Shown: positions 7,338-13,982 of the stretch, in pieces
How positions within the stretch are numbered: position 1 is the first letter of the stretch
Layout of the letters: the number at the start of each line of letters is the position of its first letter
Origin: Candidatus Methylomirabilis sp.
GTDB taxonomy: Bacteria > Patescibacteriota > Patescibacteriia > DYHP01
DNA length: 32,258 bases
Direction: 5' to 3'
NCBI GenBank assembly: GCA_020724105.1
Contig: DYHP01000004.1
Location: 1 to 32,258, forward strand
Translations under genes and position numbers: made by a program
Notes under the pieces: generated by a model
What the model saw: only the letters and a program-made list of their open reading frames with translations
Told to the model about the DNA's origin: nothing
The model's database searches: none

Positions 7338-7881
7338 AAAGTTTTTTAATTTGCAACGAATCCAATTCCACCGGCGTCTCTCTGCCGAACATGCTGACTA
7401 TTACTTTTACTTTGCCTTTTTCCTGGTCGATTTCCATAACCTTGCCTTCAAATCCTTTTAACGGTCCGTCGGCGATTTTAATCGCCTGCCCCACGGATAC
7501 ATCGATATTGTATTGCGGGGCTTCAACCGCCATTCTTTTCTGCAAATTTTTCATTTCTTCCTCGGAAACCGGGGTCGGCGTATTGCCAGTGCCGATAAAA
7601 CCGGTGACATTCGGCGTGTTGCGCACCATATACCACGAATCGTCGGTTACGAACATCTCAACCAAAACATAGCCGGGGAAAATCTTTTCTTCCACGAGTT
7701 TTCGTTTGCCGTTTTTGATTTTAATCTTCTTTTCCTTAGGAACGATGATATTAAAAACCTTGTCGCCCATGTCATACGACTCGATTCTTCTTTTTAAATT
7801 TTCGGCGACGTTTTCTTCGTAGCCGGAATAAGTGTGGATTGCGTACCAGCGCCTGCCGTATTGCGTTATTTGTTTAGGCAT
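7336..7881 (-). CDS. nusG: Transcription termination/antitermination factor NusG
   Basis: WYAIHTYSGYE NGN start and a KOW-like C-terminus, within secE-nusG-rplK-rplA synteny. Confidence 0.92.
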   Translation of the reverse strand: MPKQITQYGRRWYAIHTYSGYEENVAENLKRRIESYDMGDKVFNIIVPKEKKIKIKNGKRKLVEEKIFPGYVLVEMFVTDDSWYMVRNTPNVTGFIGTGNTPTPVSEEEMKNLQKRMAVEAPQYNIDVSVGQAIKIADGPLKGFEGKVMEIDQEKGKVKVIVSMFGRETPVELDSLQIKKL

Positions 7882-7909
7882 ATTAAAATGTCGCTTTTCA
7901 ATAAAACAA

Positions 7910-7926
7910 ATAAGTCCTATAAGACG
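7910..7926. repeat. 9-mer family, secE-nusG spacer
   Basis: ATAAGTCCTATAAGACG overlaps the secE stop. Confidence 0.55.
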
Positions 7927-8099
7927 AATTCTAATGCTTTGGAAAAAATATAGTCAAGGAAACCAATGAGCGCCGCGATGCCCAAACTGACGCCAACCAC
8001 CATCAGGGTATAATTTTTGGTTTCCCGGCGGCTCGGCCAAATAACTTTGTTCATCTCGGCTTTTGATTCTCGGATGTAATTAAATAATTTGTTTAACAT
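7917..8099 (-). CDS. secE: Preprotein translocase subunit SecE
   Basis: 60 aa with a single C-terminal TM helix, immediately upstream of nusG. Confidence 0.8.
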   Translation of the reverse strand: MLNKLFNYIRESKAEMNKVIWPSRRETKNYTLMVVGVSLGIAALIGFLDYIFSKALEFVL

Positions 8100-8171
8100 A
8101 ATTTTATCTTAAAAAAGCCCTCTTGGGCCGCAGCGATACTATAGCCAGTATAGAATAGATATGAAAATCTG

Positions 8172-9389
8172 TCAATAGTCTTTTAGAAACTTCTTGATTT
8201 CCCCCGCCGCCTCTTTGTAATTCTTCACCCACTTAATATTCCGATTTCTTCTAAACCAATTCATTTGGCCTCTTACGTATTTGTGGGTGCGGAACTTGAT
8301 TTTCTGCCCCGCTTCTTCAAGAGTGGTTTTGCCATTCATATAGTCGAGAATTTCTTTGTAACCAATGCCCGATAGGGCGGGGATTTTGGAAATTAGTTTT
8401 ATAGAAATTGGAAATTGGTTATGGAAAGCAGAAACTGAAAATTGGTTTTTTCCATTTTCTATTTTCTGTTTTCTATCACTAATTTCTAATTTCTGAACAG
8501 CTATTTTCTTTTTAAAATAATCAATAAGACATTTCGTTTCCCCCACCAATCCTTGTTTAATCATCTCCTCAACCCTCGCATCTATTCTTTTGTACAACTC
8601 ATGCCTGGGGACTTTAATTCCTATCTGCAAAGTATTAAAGAGCGGTTTTTCGGGTACCCGAAATACATTCTTCTTTTGTAAAGAGGAGTTAATGGGGGTT
8701 ATGTTTTGGCGTTCGGCGGCGTTGTTGTGGCGTTTTTTGGCTTCTACTAAAACTTCCAACGCGCGAATAATGCGCCTCTTATTTTCTAAATCAACGATTT
8801 TAGGCGCCGCCGGGTCTAATTTTTTTAATTGTTTAATTAAAATTTTTAAATCTTTTTTTTCCAATTTTTTTCTAAGCTTCCAGTTTGGAGGAACTTTGGG
8901 AATTGCCAAATTTTCACTTAAGGCGTGGAGATAAAACGCCGTGCCGCCGCAAATGATAGGAATTTTTCCGCGGCAAATTATATCGCGCGCAATTTTGGTT
9001 GCCATTTCTTTGAATTCAGCGACGGAGAAAATCTGGTCGGGTTCAAGAAAACCGATTAAATAATGTTGAATGCCTTTGTATAAACAAGGAGTAGAAGCCA
9101 GTTTTGCGCCATCACTACGCCAATTTACGCCAGCAACCCTCTCATTTTCAGGTACCTGAAAAATATTATGTAAAGGGGAGTTAGCGGGGGTTGTGTTTTG
9201 GCGTTTGGCGGCGTTGTTATGGCGTTTCGTGGCTTCTATGCGCGGGGCGGCTGTGCCGATTTTCATCCCTTTGTAAATTTGCCGCGAGTCGGCGCCGATA
9301 ATTTCGCCGTTAAATTTTTTGGCGATCTTAATAGCGAGTTCAGTCTTGCCGCAACCCGTCGGGCCAGTGATAATAATAATTCTTTTCAT
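8172..9389 (-). CDS. miaA: tRNA dimethylallyltransferase, enlarged by three repeat-derived in-frame inserts
   Basis: MKRIIIITGPTGCGKTELAIKIAKKFNGEIIGADSRQIYKGMKIGTAAP is MiaA-like. At 405 aa it is longer than the roughly 300 aa I recall for typical MiaA; the excess maps to repeats at 9092-9238, 8646-8746 and 8383-8493. Confidence 0.88.
   Translation of the reverse strand: MKRIIIITGPTGCGKTELAIKIAKKFNGEIIGADSRQIYKGMKIGTAAPRIEATKRHNNAAKRQNTTPANSPLHNIFQVPENERVAGVNWRSDGAKLASTPCLYKGIQHYLIGFLEPDQIFSVAEFKEMATKIARDIICRGKIPIICGGTAFYLHALSENLAIPKVPPNWKLRKKLEKKDLKILIKQLKKLDPAAPKIVDLENKRRIIRALEVLVEAKKRHNNAAERQNITPINSSLQKKNVFRVPEKPLFNTLQIGIKVPRHELYKRIDARVEEMIKQGLVGETKCLIDYFKKKIAVQKLEISDRKQKIENGKNQFSVSAFHNQFPISIKLISKIPALSGIGYKEILDYMNGKTTLEEAGQKIKFRTHKYVRGQMNWFRRNRNIKWVKNYKEAAGEIKKFLKDY
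8383..8493 (-). mobile_element. Family B AT-rich palindromic element (in-frame in miaA)
   Basis: 87-bp core at 8402-8488 bounded by TAGAAATT...AATTTCTA. It translates as KLEISDRKQKIENGKNQFSVSAFHNQFPISIKLISKI. Confidence 0.7.
8646..8746 (-). mobile_element. Family A element, diverged right half plus centre (in-frame in miaA)
   Basis: TTTTCGGGTACCCGAAA...GGCGTTGTTGTGGCGTTTTTTGGCTTCTA. It translates as EAKKRHNNAAERQNITPINSSLQKKNVFRVPEKP. Confidence 0.6.
9092..9238 (-). mobile_element. Family A element, copy 3 (in-frame in miaA)
   Basis: Same length (147 bp) and termini, with about 8 substitutions relative to the argS copies. It translates as EATKRHNNAAKRQNTTPANSPLHNIFQVPENERVAGVNWRSDGAKLAST. 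Confidence 0.75.
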
Positions 9390-9394
9390 AAGAT

Positions 9395-9447
9395 GAATAG
9401 GACAAATAAGTCCAAGCAGTCCGATAGGACGAATGGAAGGAATGGGA
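9395..9447. repeat. 9-mer family, miaB-miaA spacer
   Basis: GAATAGGACAAATAAGTCCAAGCAGTCCGATAGGACGAATGGAAGGAATGGGA fills the spacer. Confidence 0.75.
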
Positions 9448-10662
9448 TTATCTATTGATTAAATCGTTTAATATCCGCCAGCGACGTTTTTTCACCTCGC
9501 GCGGAATATCATCTGGGAAATTTTTATAAGCGAACGTTCTGCTTCGCGGCGAGTACATAGAGATATAAGCGATGTTGAAACCGACTTTTTTGCAAAGTTT
9601 TATGGTGTTCTGAAATTGTTTTTCCGTTTCGCCGGGAAAGCCGACGATAATGTCCGTTCCCAACTCAATGCTGGGTTTTGCTTTTCTCACTTTTTTTATG
9701 ATTTTTAAATAATCTTTGGCAGCATATTTCCGATTCATTGTGCGCAAAATTTTATCATCGCCGGATTGAACCGGCAAATGCAGATAATTTACCATTTTTG
9801 GCAATGCCAAAGCTTTTATTGTTTCATCGTTCATATAACGAGGATGAGGGGCGGTGAAGTGAAGTCGTTTTAATCCTTCTAATTGATTCAATTCCCATAA
9901 CAGAGCGGCGAAATGATTTTTAAAAGGATCCTTTTTAGAAAAATTTTCCGGGTCGGGAGCAACCCATTTATTAACAATCTGGCCGAGGAGAATTATTTCT
10001 ATCGCGCCTTCGCGAATCAATTTTTTCGCTTCGCGCAAAATTTCTTTAAGCGGCCTGTTATATTCCCTGCCGCGCGCGTAAGGCACAACGCAATAAGAAC
10101 AAAACTCATTGCATCCAGTTTGAATCGTGAGGTAACGGGAGGTGGCAAAGTCGGATCTGGGCAAGATAGACAAATAGTCGCCTGCGCTGCAAATTTTAGA
10201 AATTGGTTGTTTAGAAATTGGAAATTGGTTATGGAAAATAGAAAGTGGAAATTGGCTTTTGCTATTTTCTATTTTCTGTTTTCTATTACTAATTTCTATT
10301 TTCCATAAAGCTAATTTCTGCGCCAAAGATGGCAATTCATCTATTCTGAAAAAAAGGTCCGCGCCGAAAAGTTTTTTGCGGATTTTCCCATCTTTATCGC
10401 GGCCGACCAGACAGCCGGTAACGGCGATAATTGGTTTAGAGGCCAGCGTTTTTGTAGGGTTGTTATGGCGTCTTGTGGCTTCTACTAACCCGAATACCCT
10501 GTCTTCGGCCGTTTGGCGAACCGAGCAGGAATTTATAACGATAAAATCGGCCGAATTTTTGTCTTTGGCTTTTTTCATCCCCATTTTTTCCAAAACTGCG
10601 GCAATTCTCTCGGAATCATTTTTATTCATCTGACAGCCGTATGTAACTATGCAGTATTTCAT
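9448..10662 (-). CDS. miaB: MiaB-family radical-SAM tRNA methylthiotransferase
   Basis: MKYCIVTYGCQMN start and the CNEFCSYC radical-SAM cluster motif. I prefer the start at 10662 (or 10668), because the track start at 10740 lies within an intergenic hairpin repeat. It carries the in-frame repeat at 10193-10303. Confidence 0.82.
   Translation of the reverse strand: MKYCIVTYGCQMNKNDSERIAAVLEKMGMKKAKDKNSADFIVINSCSVRQTAEDRVFGLVEATRRHNNPTKTLASKPIIAVTGCLVGRDKDGKIRKKLFGADLFFRIDELPSLAQKLALWKIEISNRKQKIENSKSQFPLSIFHNQFPISKQPISKICSAGDYLSILPRSDFATSRYLTIQTGCNEFCSYCVVPYARGREYNRPLKEILREAKKLIREGAIEIILLGQIVNKWVAPDPENFSKKDPFKNHFAALLWELNQLEGLKRLHFTAPHPRYMNDETIKALALPKMVNYLHLPVQSGDDKILRTMNRKYAAKDYLKIIKKVRKAKPSIELGTDIIVGFPGETEKQFQNTIKLCKKVGFNIAYISMYSPRSRTFAYKNFPDDIPREVKKRRWRILNDLINR
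10193..10303 (-). mobile_element. Family B element (in-frame in miaB)
   Basis: 87-bp core at 10212-10298 with the same termini, roughly 85-90% identical by eye to the miaA copy, in the same orientation and frame (KIEISNRKQKIENSKSQFPLSIFHNQFPISKQPISKI). Confidence 0.7.
10457..10484 (-). mobile_element. Family A right-end fragment (in-frame in miaB)
   Basis: GGGTTGTTATGGCGTCTTGTGGCTTCTA matches the element's right terminus. It translates as EATRRHNNP. Confidence 0.45.
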
Positions 10663-10667
10663 ATTCA

Positions 10668-10760
10668 TTCGGTGTTGTTCCGTGTAATATTCCGTGTGTT
10701 CAATGATAAAATGTTTTAACACAGAACCAATCTGAACCATACACCGAACTACACGGAATT
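10668..10760. repeat. Family F hairpin, copy 2
   Basis: TTCGGTGTTGTTCCGTGTAATATTCCGTGTGTTCAA...AACACAGAACCAATCTGAACCATACACCGAACTACACGGAA. It lies directly 5' of the miaB ATG at 10662. Confidence 0.7.
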
Positions 10761-10784
10761 ATTTATAAGTATGGTATACTATGT

Positions 10785-10813
10785 TTGACAAAAATTCAAG
10801 AATTTGGTATAAT
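10785..10813 (+). promoter_or_regulatory. Consensus sigma70-type promoter (TTGACA-17-TATAAT)
   Basis: TTGACA at 10785-10790, an exactly 17-nt spacer, and TATAAT at 10808-10813. It lies about 135 nt upstream of the ATG at 10950. Confidence 0.55.
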
Positions 10814-10949
10814 AGGGTGTAAGAATTGAGATTAAAAATTTGGCTCAATTTACTACAAAATAACACTAAGAACCGCGAATAGGAACGCTAAAAACCGCGA
10901 AAATTTTGTGGTGCTTCGCGTCCCTTATTCGTGGTACTTCGCGTCATCT

Positions 10950-11903
10950 ATGGAAAAATTTGAAACTCAAAAAACGAAACTGGAACAAGAGAGCCTTTCA
11001 AGCGAATTGGCAGAATTAAAAATGAGGGAGCAAGAAATGCGCGAACGGCTTAAAAAACTCGGGGAAACCATTGCGGAAAAAGAAAAACAGGCAGCCGAGG
11101 CGCAATCGCTTGAAGAAAGCAAAAAAGCGATTCAAAGAGGAAAATTCAAATTGCTCCAAGAAGAATGGGCCGAAAGAGCAAGGGCGAAAGAGGAAGAAAA
11201 ATCAATGAGGGAAAAAGAAGCGCTGGCAAAAAAGGAGAAGCAAAAAGCGCAGGCAAAAGAGATATTGAAAAAATTCCTTGAAAAAGAAGAAGAAAAGAAA
11301 AAAGAAGTTTTAATTGACGAGGCGGAACAAGAAAAATTGATTCATGAGGCCCTGCGTGACCGCGAGGCCGAACGCTTATTGCGAGAATTTCCCGCCCGGG
11401 CTGATTTGGAATTGGCCATGAAACAAACGCGCGAAGAACTCAAAAAACCAAAAGAATTAGAAATAATGGAAATAAAATATTTTGAAGGAGGCGAATTGCC
11501 CGAAAAAGTTGAAATAGATCTTTTGACAGATTCGAAAAGGCTTGAGGCTGAAGCCGAAATTTTGGCAAAACAATGCCTAGAAACGGAAAAACAATTAAAC
11601 GAAAAAGGTGTTGACGTAAATAAAATGGAACTCTCATTGACCGAAAGAATGAAATTATCCATTAAATCTTTGTTTAATAAAAAATTAAGAAGTCTGTACA
11701 GAAGTTTCGAGGCGGCGCGTATGGCAGAAGACTCTAAACGTTTTGAAGCGCAAAGACTGCGCCTTGCCGCGACCAAGCCGGCCGATTACATAAAATTGAC
11801 GGCGGAAAAAGCTATGCGCGACATAGCCAGAAGACACGTTAAAAAATCAGAGAGGTTAAAACAGTCGTCTACGTCGCCCTTGGGCTGGGTGAAACGGGTT
11901 TAG
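10950..11903 (+). CDS. Lys/Glu-rich coiled-coil protein, unknown function
   Basis: Long open frame with strongly charged heptad-like E/K composition. I prefer the ATG at 10950 (MEKFETQK); the track start at 10908 is a GTG inside a repeat. Confidence 0.55.
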   Translation: MEKFETQKTKLEQESLSSELAELKMREQEMRERLKKLGETIAEKEKQAAEAQSLEESKKAIQRGKFKLLQEEWAERARAKEEEKSMREKEALAKKEKQKAQAKEILKKFLEKEEEKKKEVLIDEAEQEKLIHEALRDREAERLLREFPARADLELAMKQTREELKKPKELEIMEIKYFEGGELPEKVEIDLLTDSKRLEAEAEILAKQCLETEKQLNEKGVDVNKMELSLTERMKLSIKSLFNKKLRSLYRSFEAARMAEDSKRFEAQRLRLAATKPADYIKLTAEKAMRDIARRHVKKSERLKQSSTSPLGWVKRV

Positions 11904-11925
11904 TTATAGAGTTCACAGAGTTATT

Positions 11926-11958
11926 AAAAGAGCCCCGACCTTAAGCCGGGGTTCTTTT
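11926..11958. terminator. Bidirectional intrinsic terminator between convergent genes
   Basis: AAAAGAGCCCCG-(9 nt loop)-CGGGGTTCTTTT. The stem is about 12 bp (one G-U), with an A-run on the left and a T-run on the right. It lies between the coiled-coil gene (+) and hup (-). Confidence 0.7.
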
Positions 11959-11998
11959 AATAGGACCAAATAAGTCCGATAGTCCCAATTGGACTTAT
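11959..11998. repeat. 9-mer family at the hup stop
   Basis: AATAGGACCAAATAAGTCCGATAGTCCCAATTGGACTTAT. Confidence 0.75.
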
Positions 11999-12273
11999 TT
12001 TTTTAATGTGTCCTTGAAGTTTTTTCCCGCTTTGAATTTCGGTACGATGACGGGTGGGATGGTGATTTTCTCCGAAGGATTTTGCGGGTTCACGCCAATG
12101 CGACCCTTTCGCTGTTTTGCGGAAAACGTGCCAAAACCGACCAAGGTCACTGTCTCTCCCTTTTTAACCGTGCCGACAATCAAATCAAGCACACCGTCAA
12201 GCACCTCTTCTATCTTTGATTTGGACAAATCGTGTTTTTGGGAAAGCAAATCGATTAACTGCGCTTTGTTCAT
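11995..12273 (-). CDS. hup: HU-family DNA-binding protein
   Basis: MNKAQLIDLLSQK...GFGTFSAKQRKGRIGVNPQNPSEKITIPPVIVPKFKAGK is canonical HU/IHF. Confidence 0.92.
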   Translation of the reverse strand: MNKAQLIDLLSQKHDLSKSKIEEVLDGVLDLIVGTVKKGETVTLVGFGTFSAKQRKGRIGVNPQNPSEKITIPPVIVPKFKAGKNFKDTLKK

Positions 12274-12367
12274 ATAAATCGCTACTTTACGCAACTGGCT
12301 ACGCAACTGAACGCCATTTATTTATGCGTCAAGTTGCGTTGTAAGTCGCGTTAAGTTGCTTCTAAAT

Positions 12368-12616
12368 TTATTTAACTCCTTTAAACAATGGCCCCAGGAC
12401 GTCCAAGAGTATTCCTCCCAAACTGCCAGCCATGCCTAAAAGTGAAATAGCAATTATCGCAAGGCCTATTAGTTTCCAAAAAGTTCTTGTCCCGCCGTAC
12501 GTGCCGAGATGCTGTTCCGCCCAATCGACAGTGCCGAAATTCTGGACTATCCAGTTTGATTTCCAGATGAGCAAAAAACCGGCGATAAGACCCAAAATGC
12601 CTAAAATATACTTCAT
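12368..12616 (-). CDS. Small two-TM membrane protein
   Basis: MKYILGILGLIAGFLLIW... followed by a second hydrophobic helix. No recognisable family. Confidence 0.45.
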   Translation of the reverse strand: MKYILGILGLIAGFLLIWKSNWIVQNFGTVDWAEQHLGTYGGTRTFWKLIGLAIIAISLLGMAGSLGGILLDVLGPLFKGVK

Positions 12617-12633
12617 ACATTTAGTTTCCATAG

Positions 12634-12654
12634 TTTCCACTTCGGAGGTGGAAA
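12634..12654. repeat. Family E hairpin, left boundary of the tRNA-Val block
   Basis: TTTCCACTTCGGAGGTGGAAA. This is a direct repeat of 12988-13007. Confidence 0.65.
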
Positions 12655-12694
12655 TGGGTGATTAGGGACTCGAACCCCAGACCTTCTCGGCTTG
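12655..12694 (-). pseudogene. tRNA 3' half (anticodon-stem 3' strand, variable loop, T-arm, acceptor 3' strand), no partner adjacent
   Basis: Minus-strand read: caagc-CGAGA-AGGTC-TGGGG-TTCGAGT-CCCTA-ATCACCC-A. The T-loop is canonical. There is no D-arm or 5' acceptor before tRNA-Val begins. Confidence 0.55.
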
Positions 12695-12715
12695 CCCGCC
12701 CACCAATCTAGACCG

Positions 12716-12791
12716 TGGTGGGCACTGTAGGACTTGAACCTACGACCCCTTCGGTGTAAACGAAGTGCTCTTGCCGCTGAGCTAAGTGCCC
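12716..12791 (-). tRNA. tRNA-Val (anticodon UAC), CCA encoded
   Basis: Hand-folded: GGGCACT TA GCTC AGCGGCAA GAGC A CTTCG TTTACAC CGAAG GGGTC GTAGG TTCAAGT CCTAC AGTGCCC A CCA. This is a perfect cloverleaf. Confidence 0.9.
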
Positions 12792-12810
12792 AGATTGGTG
12801 GGAGGGTGAA

Positions 12811-12846
12811 TAAACGAGACGCTCTAACCAGCTGAGCTAAGCACTC
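12811..12846 (-). pseudogene. tRNA 5' half (acceptor 5' strand, D-arm, anticodon-stem 5' strand, first 4 loop nt)
   Basis: Minus-strand read: GAGTGCT TA GCTC AGCTGGTTA GAGC G TCTCG TTTA, followed by ttca-CCCTCCCACCA instead of the rest of a tRNA. Confidence 0.55.
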
Positions 12847-12851
12847 GTTCC

Positions 12852-12985
12852 TATACACCTTGAATTACGAAACGCAGTTATACCTGAGCCTGTCGAAGGC
12901 GTCACTGTATAATGAAGCCAAAATTTTACCCTTCGACAGGGCTCAGGGAATAAAATTTTGGCTATTTCGTAATTCAAGGTGTATA
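12852..12985. repeat. 134-bp nested palindrome (MITE-like or structured RNA)
   Basis: Outer 21-bp inverted repeat TATACACCTTGAATTACGAAA / TTTCGTAATTCAAGGTGTATA. Inner 17-bp inverted repeat CCTGAGCCTGTCGAAGG / CCTTCGACAGGGCTCAGG. In addition, GCCAAAATTTT in the inner loop is complementary to AAAATTTTGGC outside it. Confidence 0.6.
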
Positions 12986-12987
12986 TA

Positions 12988-13007
12988 TTTCCACTTCGGA
13001 GTGGGAA
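12988..13007. repeat. Family E hairpin, right boundary of the tRNA-Val block
   Basis: TTTCCACTTCGGAGTGGGAA. The first 14 nt are identical to 12634-12647. Confidence 0.65.
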
Positions 13008-13017
13008 CGATGATTGC

Positions 13018-13104
13018 TGGTGCCCGAGGTGGGATTTGAACCCACACGACCTTGCGGTCACATCCCCCTCAAAGATGCGAGTCTCCCAATTCCTCCACTC
13101 GGGC
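13018..13104 (-). tRNA. tRNA-Leu (anticodon GAG), type II, CCA encoded
   Basis: Hand-folded: GCCCGAG TG GAGG..ACTC G CATCT TTGAGGG GGATG, long variable arm TGACCGCAAGGTCGT, GTGGG TTCAAAT CCCAC CTCGGGC A CCA. Confidence 0.88.
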
Positions 13105-13144
13105 TCACCGAGGATGAACAGTCGTCCCCGAAGCCGAACAAAAA

Positions 13145-13957
13145 CTAAAACAATCTCCCCCTCCCCACAATAAACCTAATTTTTTCCTCCGCCATCCCTA
13201 TTTCAAAAACTTTATCTTCCATTTTTGCTTTATCGACATATACCGCAACACCGCTTTCAGATTCAATCCTGATTTTATTCACCGTCAAATGGCTTTGCCG
13301 CGCCGCATTTGCCTTGCCGCCAAACCACCATCTGACTTTGCCGAAAAACGACGGCGGCGAAGTGGAAATGAACAAGTCCAATTTTCCGTCCCGCGGATCC
13401 ATAAAATCATACTGCAAGGAAGCCGCTTCTTCGCTAAAAGAGGTATTGCAAATCGTTATGTTTCCCATTTCCTTGGGGACCAAATTAAAACTTCCGTCGC
13501 ACCGCATCTTATTTAACGTCTTCGGTATCGTAACAGAGGAAAAAAAATACTTGCCGTTCCCCGACTCATGCCGGGACCCGCCCGGGGTGGAAATTTTGCC
13601 AATGTCTATTTTTTCAACGATTCGCGCCGACAAGGTATCGCATGACAGAACCCCTTGCGGAATCCCCAAAAATTTGGCGATATCGCTTTCACCGCCGACT
13701 GGAATAAGCCCGAAGGTAACGGAAAAATCGGGAATGACTTTAATCGCTTCGCGGAATGTGTTGTCGTTTCCGACGATGACGACAGTTTTGGCTCCTTTTT
13801 TGACCGCGGATTTTAAAATATCCTTAACGGTCTTGAAAACCGAAACCCTTTCAATCGGTCCCGTAATGCCCAAATCGGTCAGATAACTTTCGATTTCTGA
13901 CATTTCTTTTTCGTATTTTCCCTCGCCCAAATATGAATCGTAAAGATAAAAATACAT
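13145..13957 (-). CDS. Diacylglycerol/lipid kinase catalytic-domain protein (YegS/BmrU-like), degenerate motifs
   Basis: KTVVIVGNDNTFREAIKVI and FGLIPVGGESDIAKFLGIP resemble the DAGK_cat GGDGT and PxGTxND motifs. Confidence 0.55.
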   Translation of the reverse strand: MYFYLYDSYLGEGKYEKEMSEIESYLTDLGITGPIERVSVFKTVKDILKSAVKKGAKTVVIVGNDNTFREAIKVIPDFSVTFGLIPVGGESDIAKFLGIPQGVLSCDTLSARIVEKIDIGKISTPGGSRHESGNGKYFFSSVTIPKTLNKMRCDGSFNLVPKEMGNITICNTSFSEEAASLQYDFMDPRDGKLDLFISTSPPSFFGKVRWWFGGKANAARQSHLTVNKIRIESESGVAVYVDKAKMEDKVFEIGMAEEKIRFIVGRGRLF

Positions 13958-13982
13958 ATACTACAATATTGCTTACACTATT

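Noticed and set aside
8100-8171. Possible miaA terminator GCCC-AAGA-GGGC-TTTTTT and -10-like boxes upstream of secE
   Set aside because: The stem is only 4 bp, too weak to call, and the promoter boxes lack a convincing -35.
12613-13173. ORFs 12613-12858 (-), 12837-13061 (-) and 12979-13173 (+)
   Set aside because: They overlap the tRNA genes, tRNA fragments and the nested palindrome. There are no coding features.
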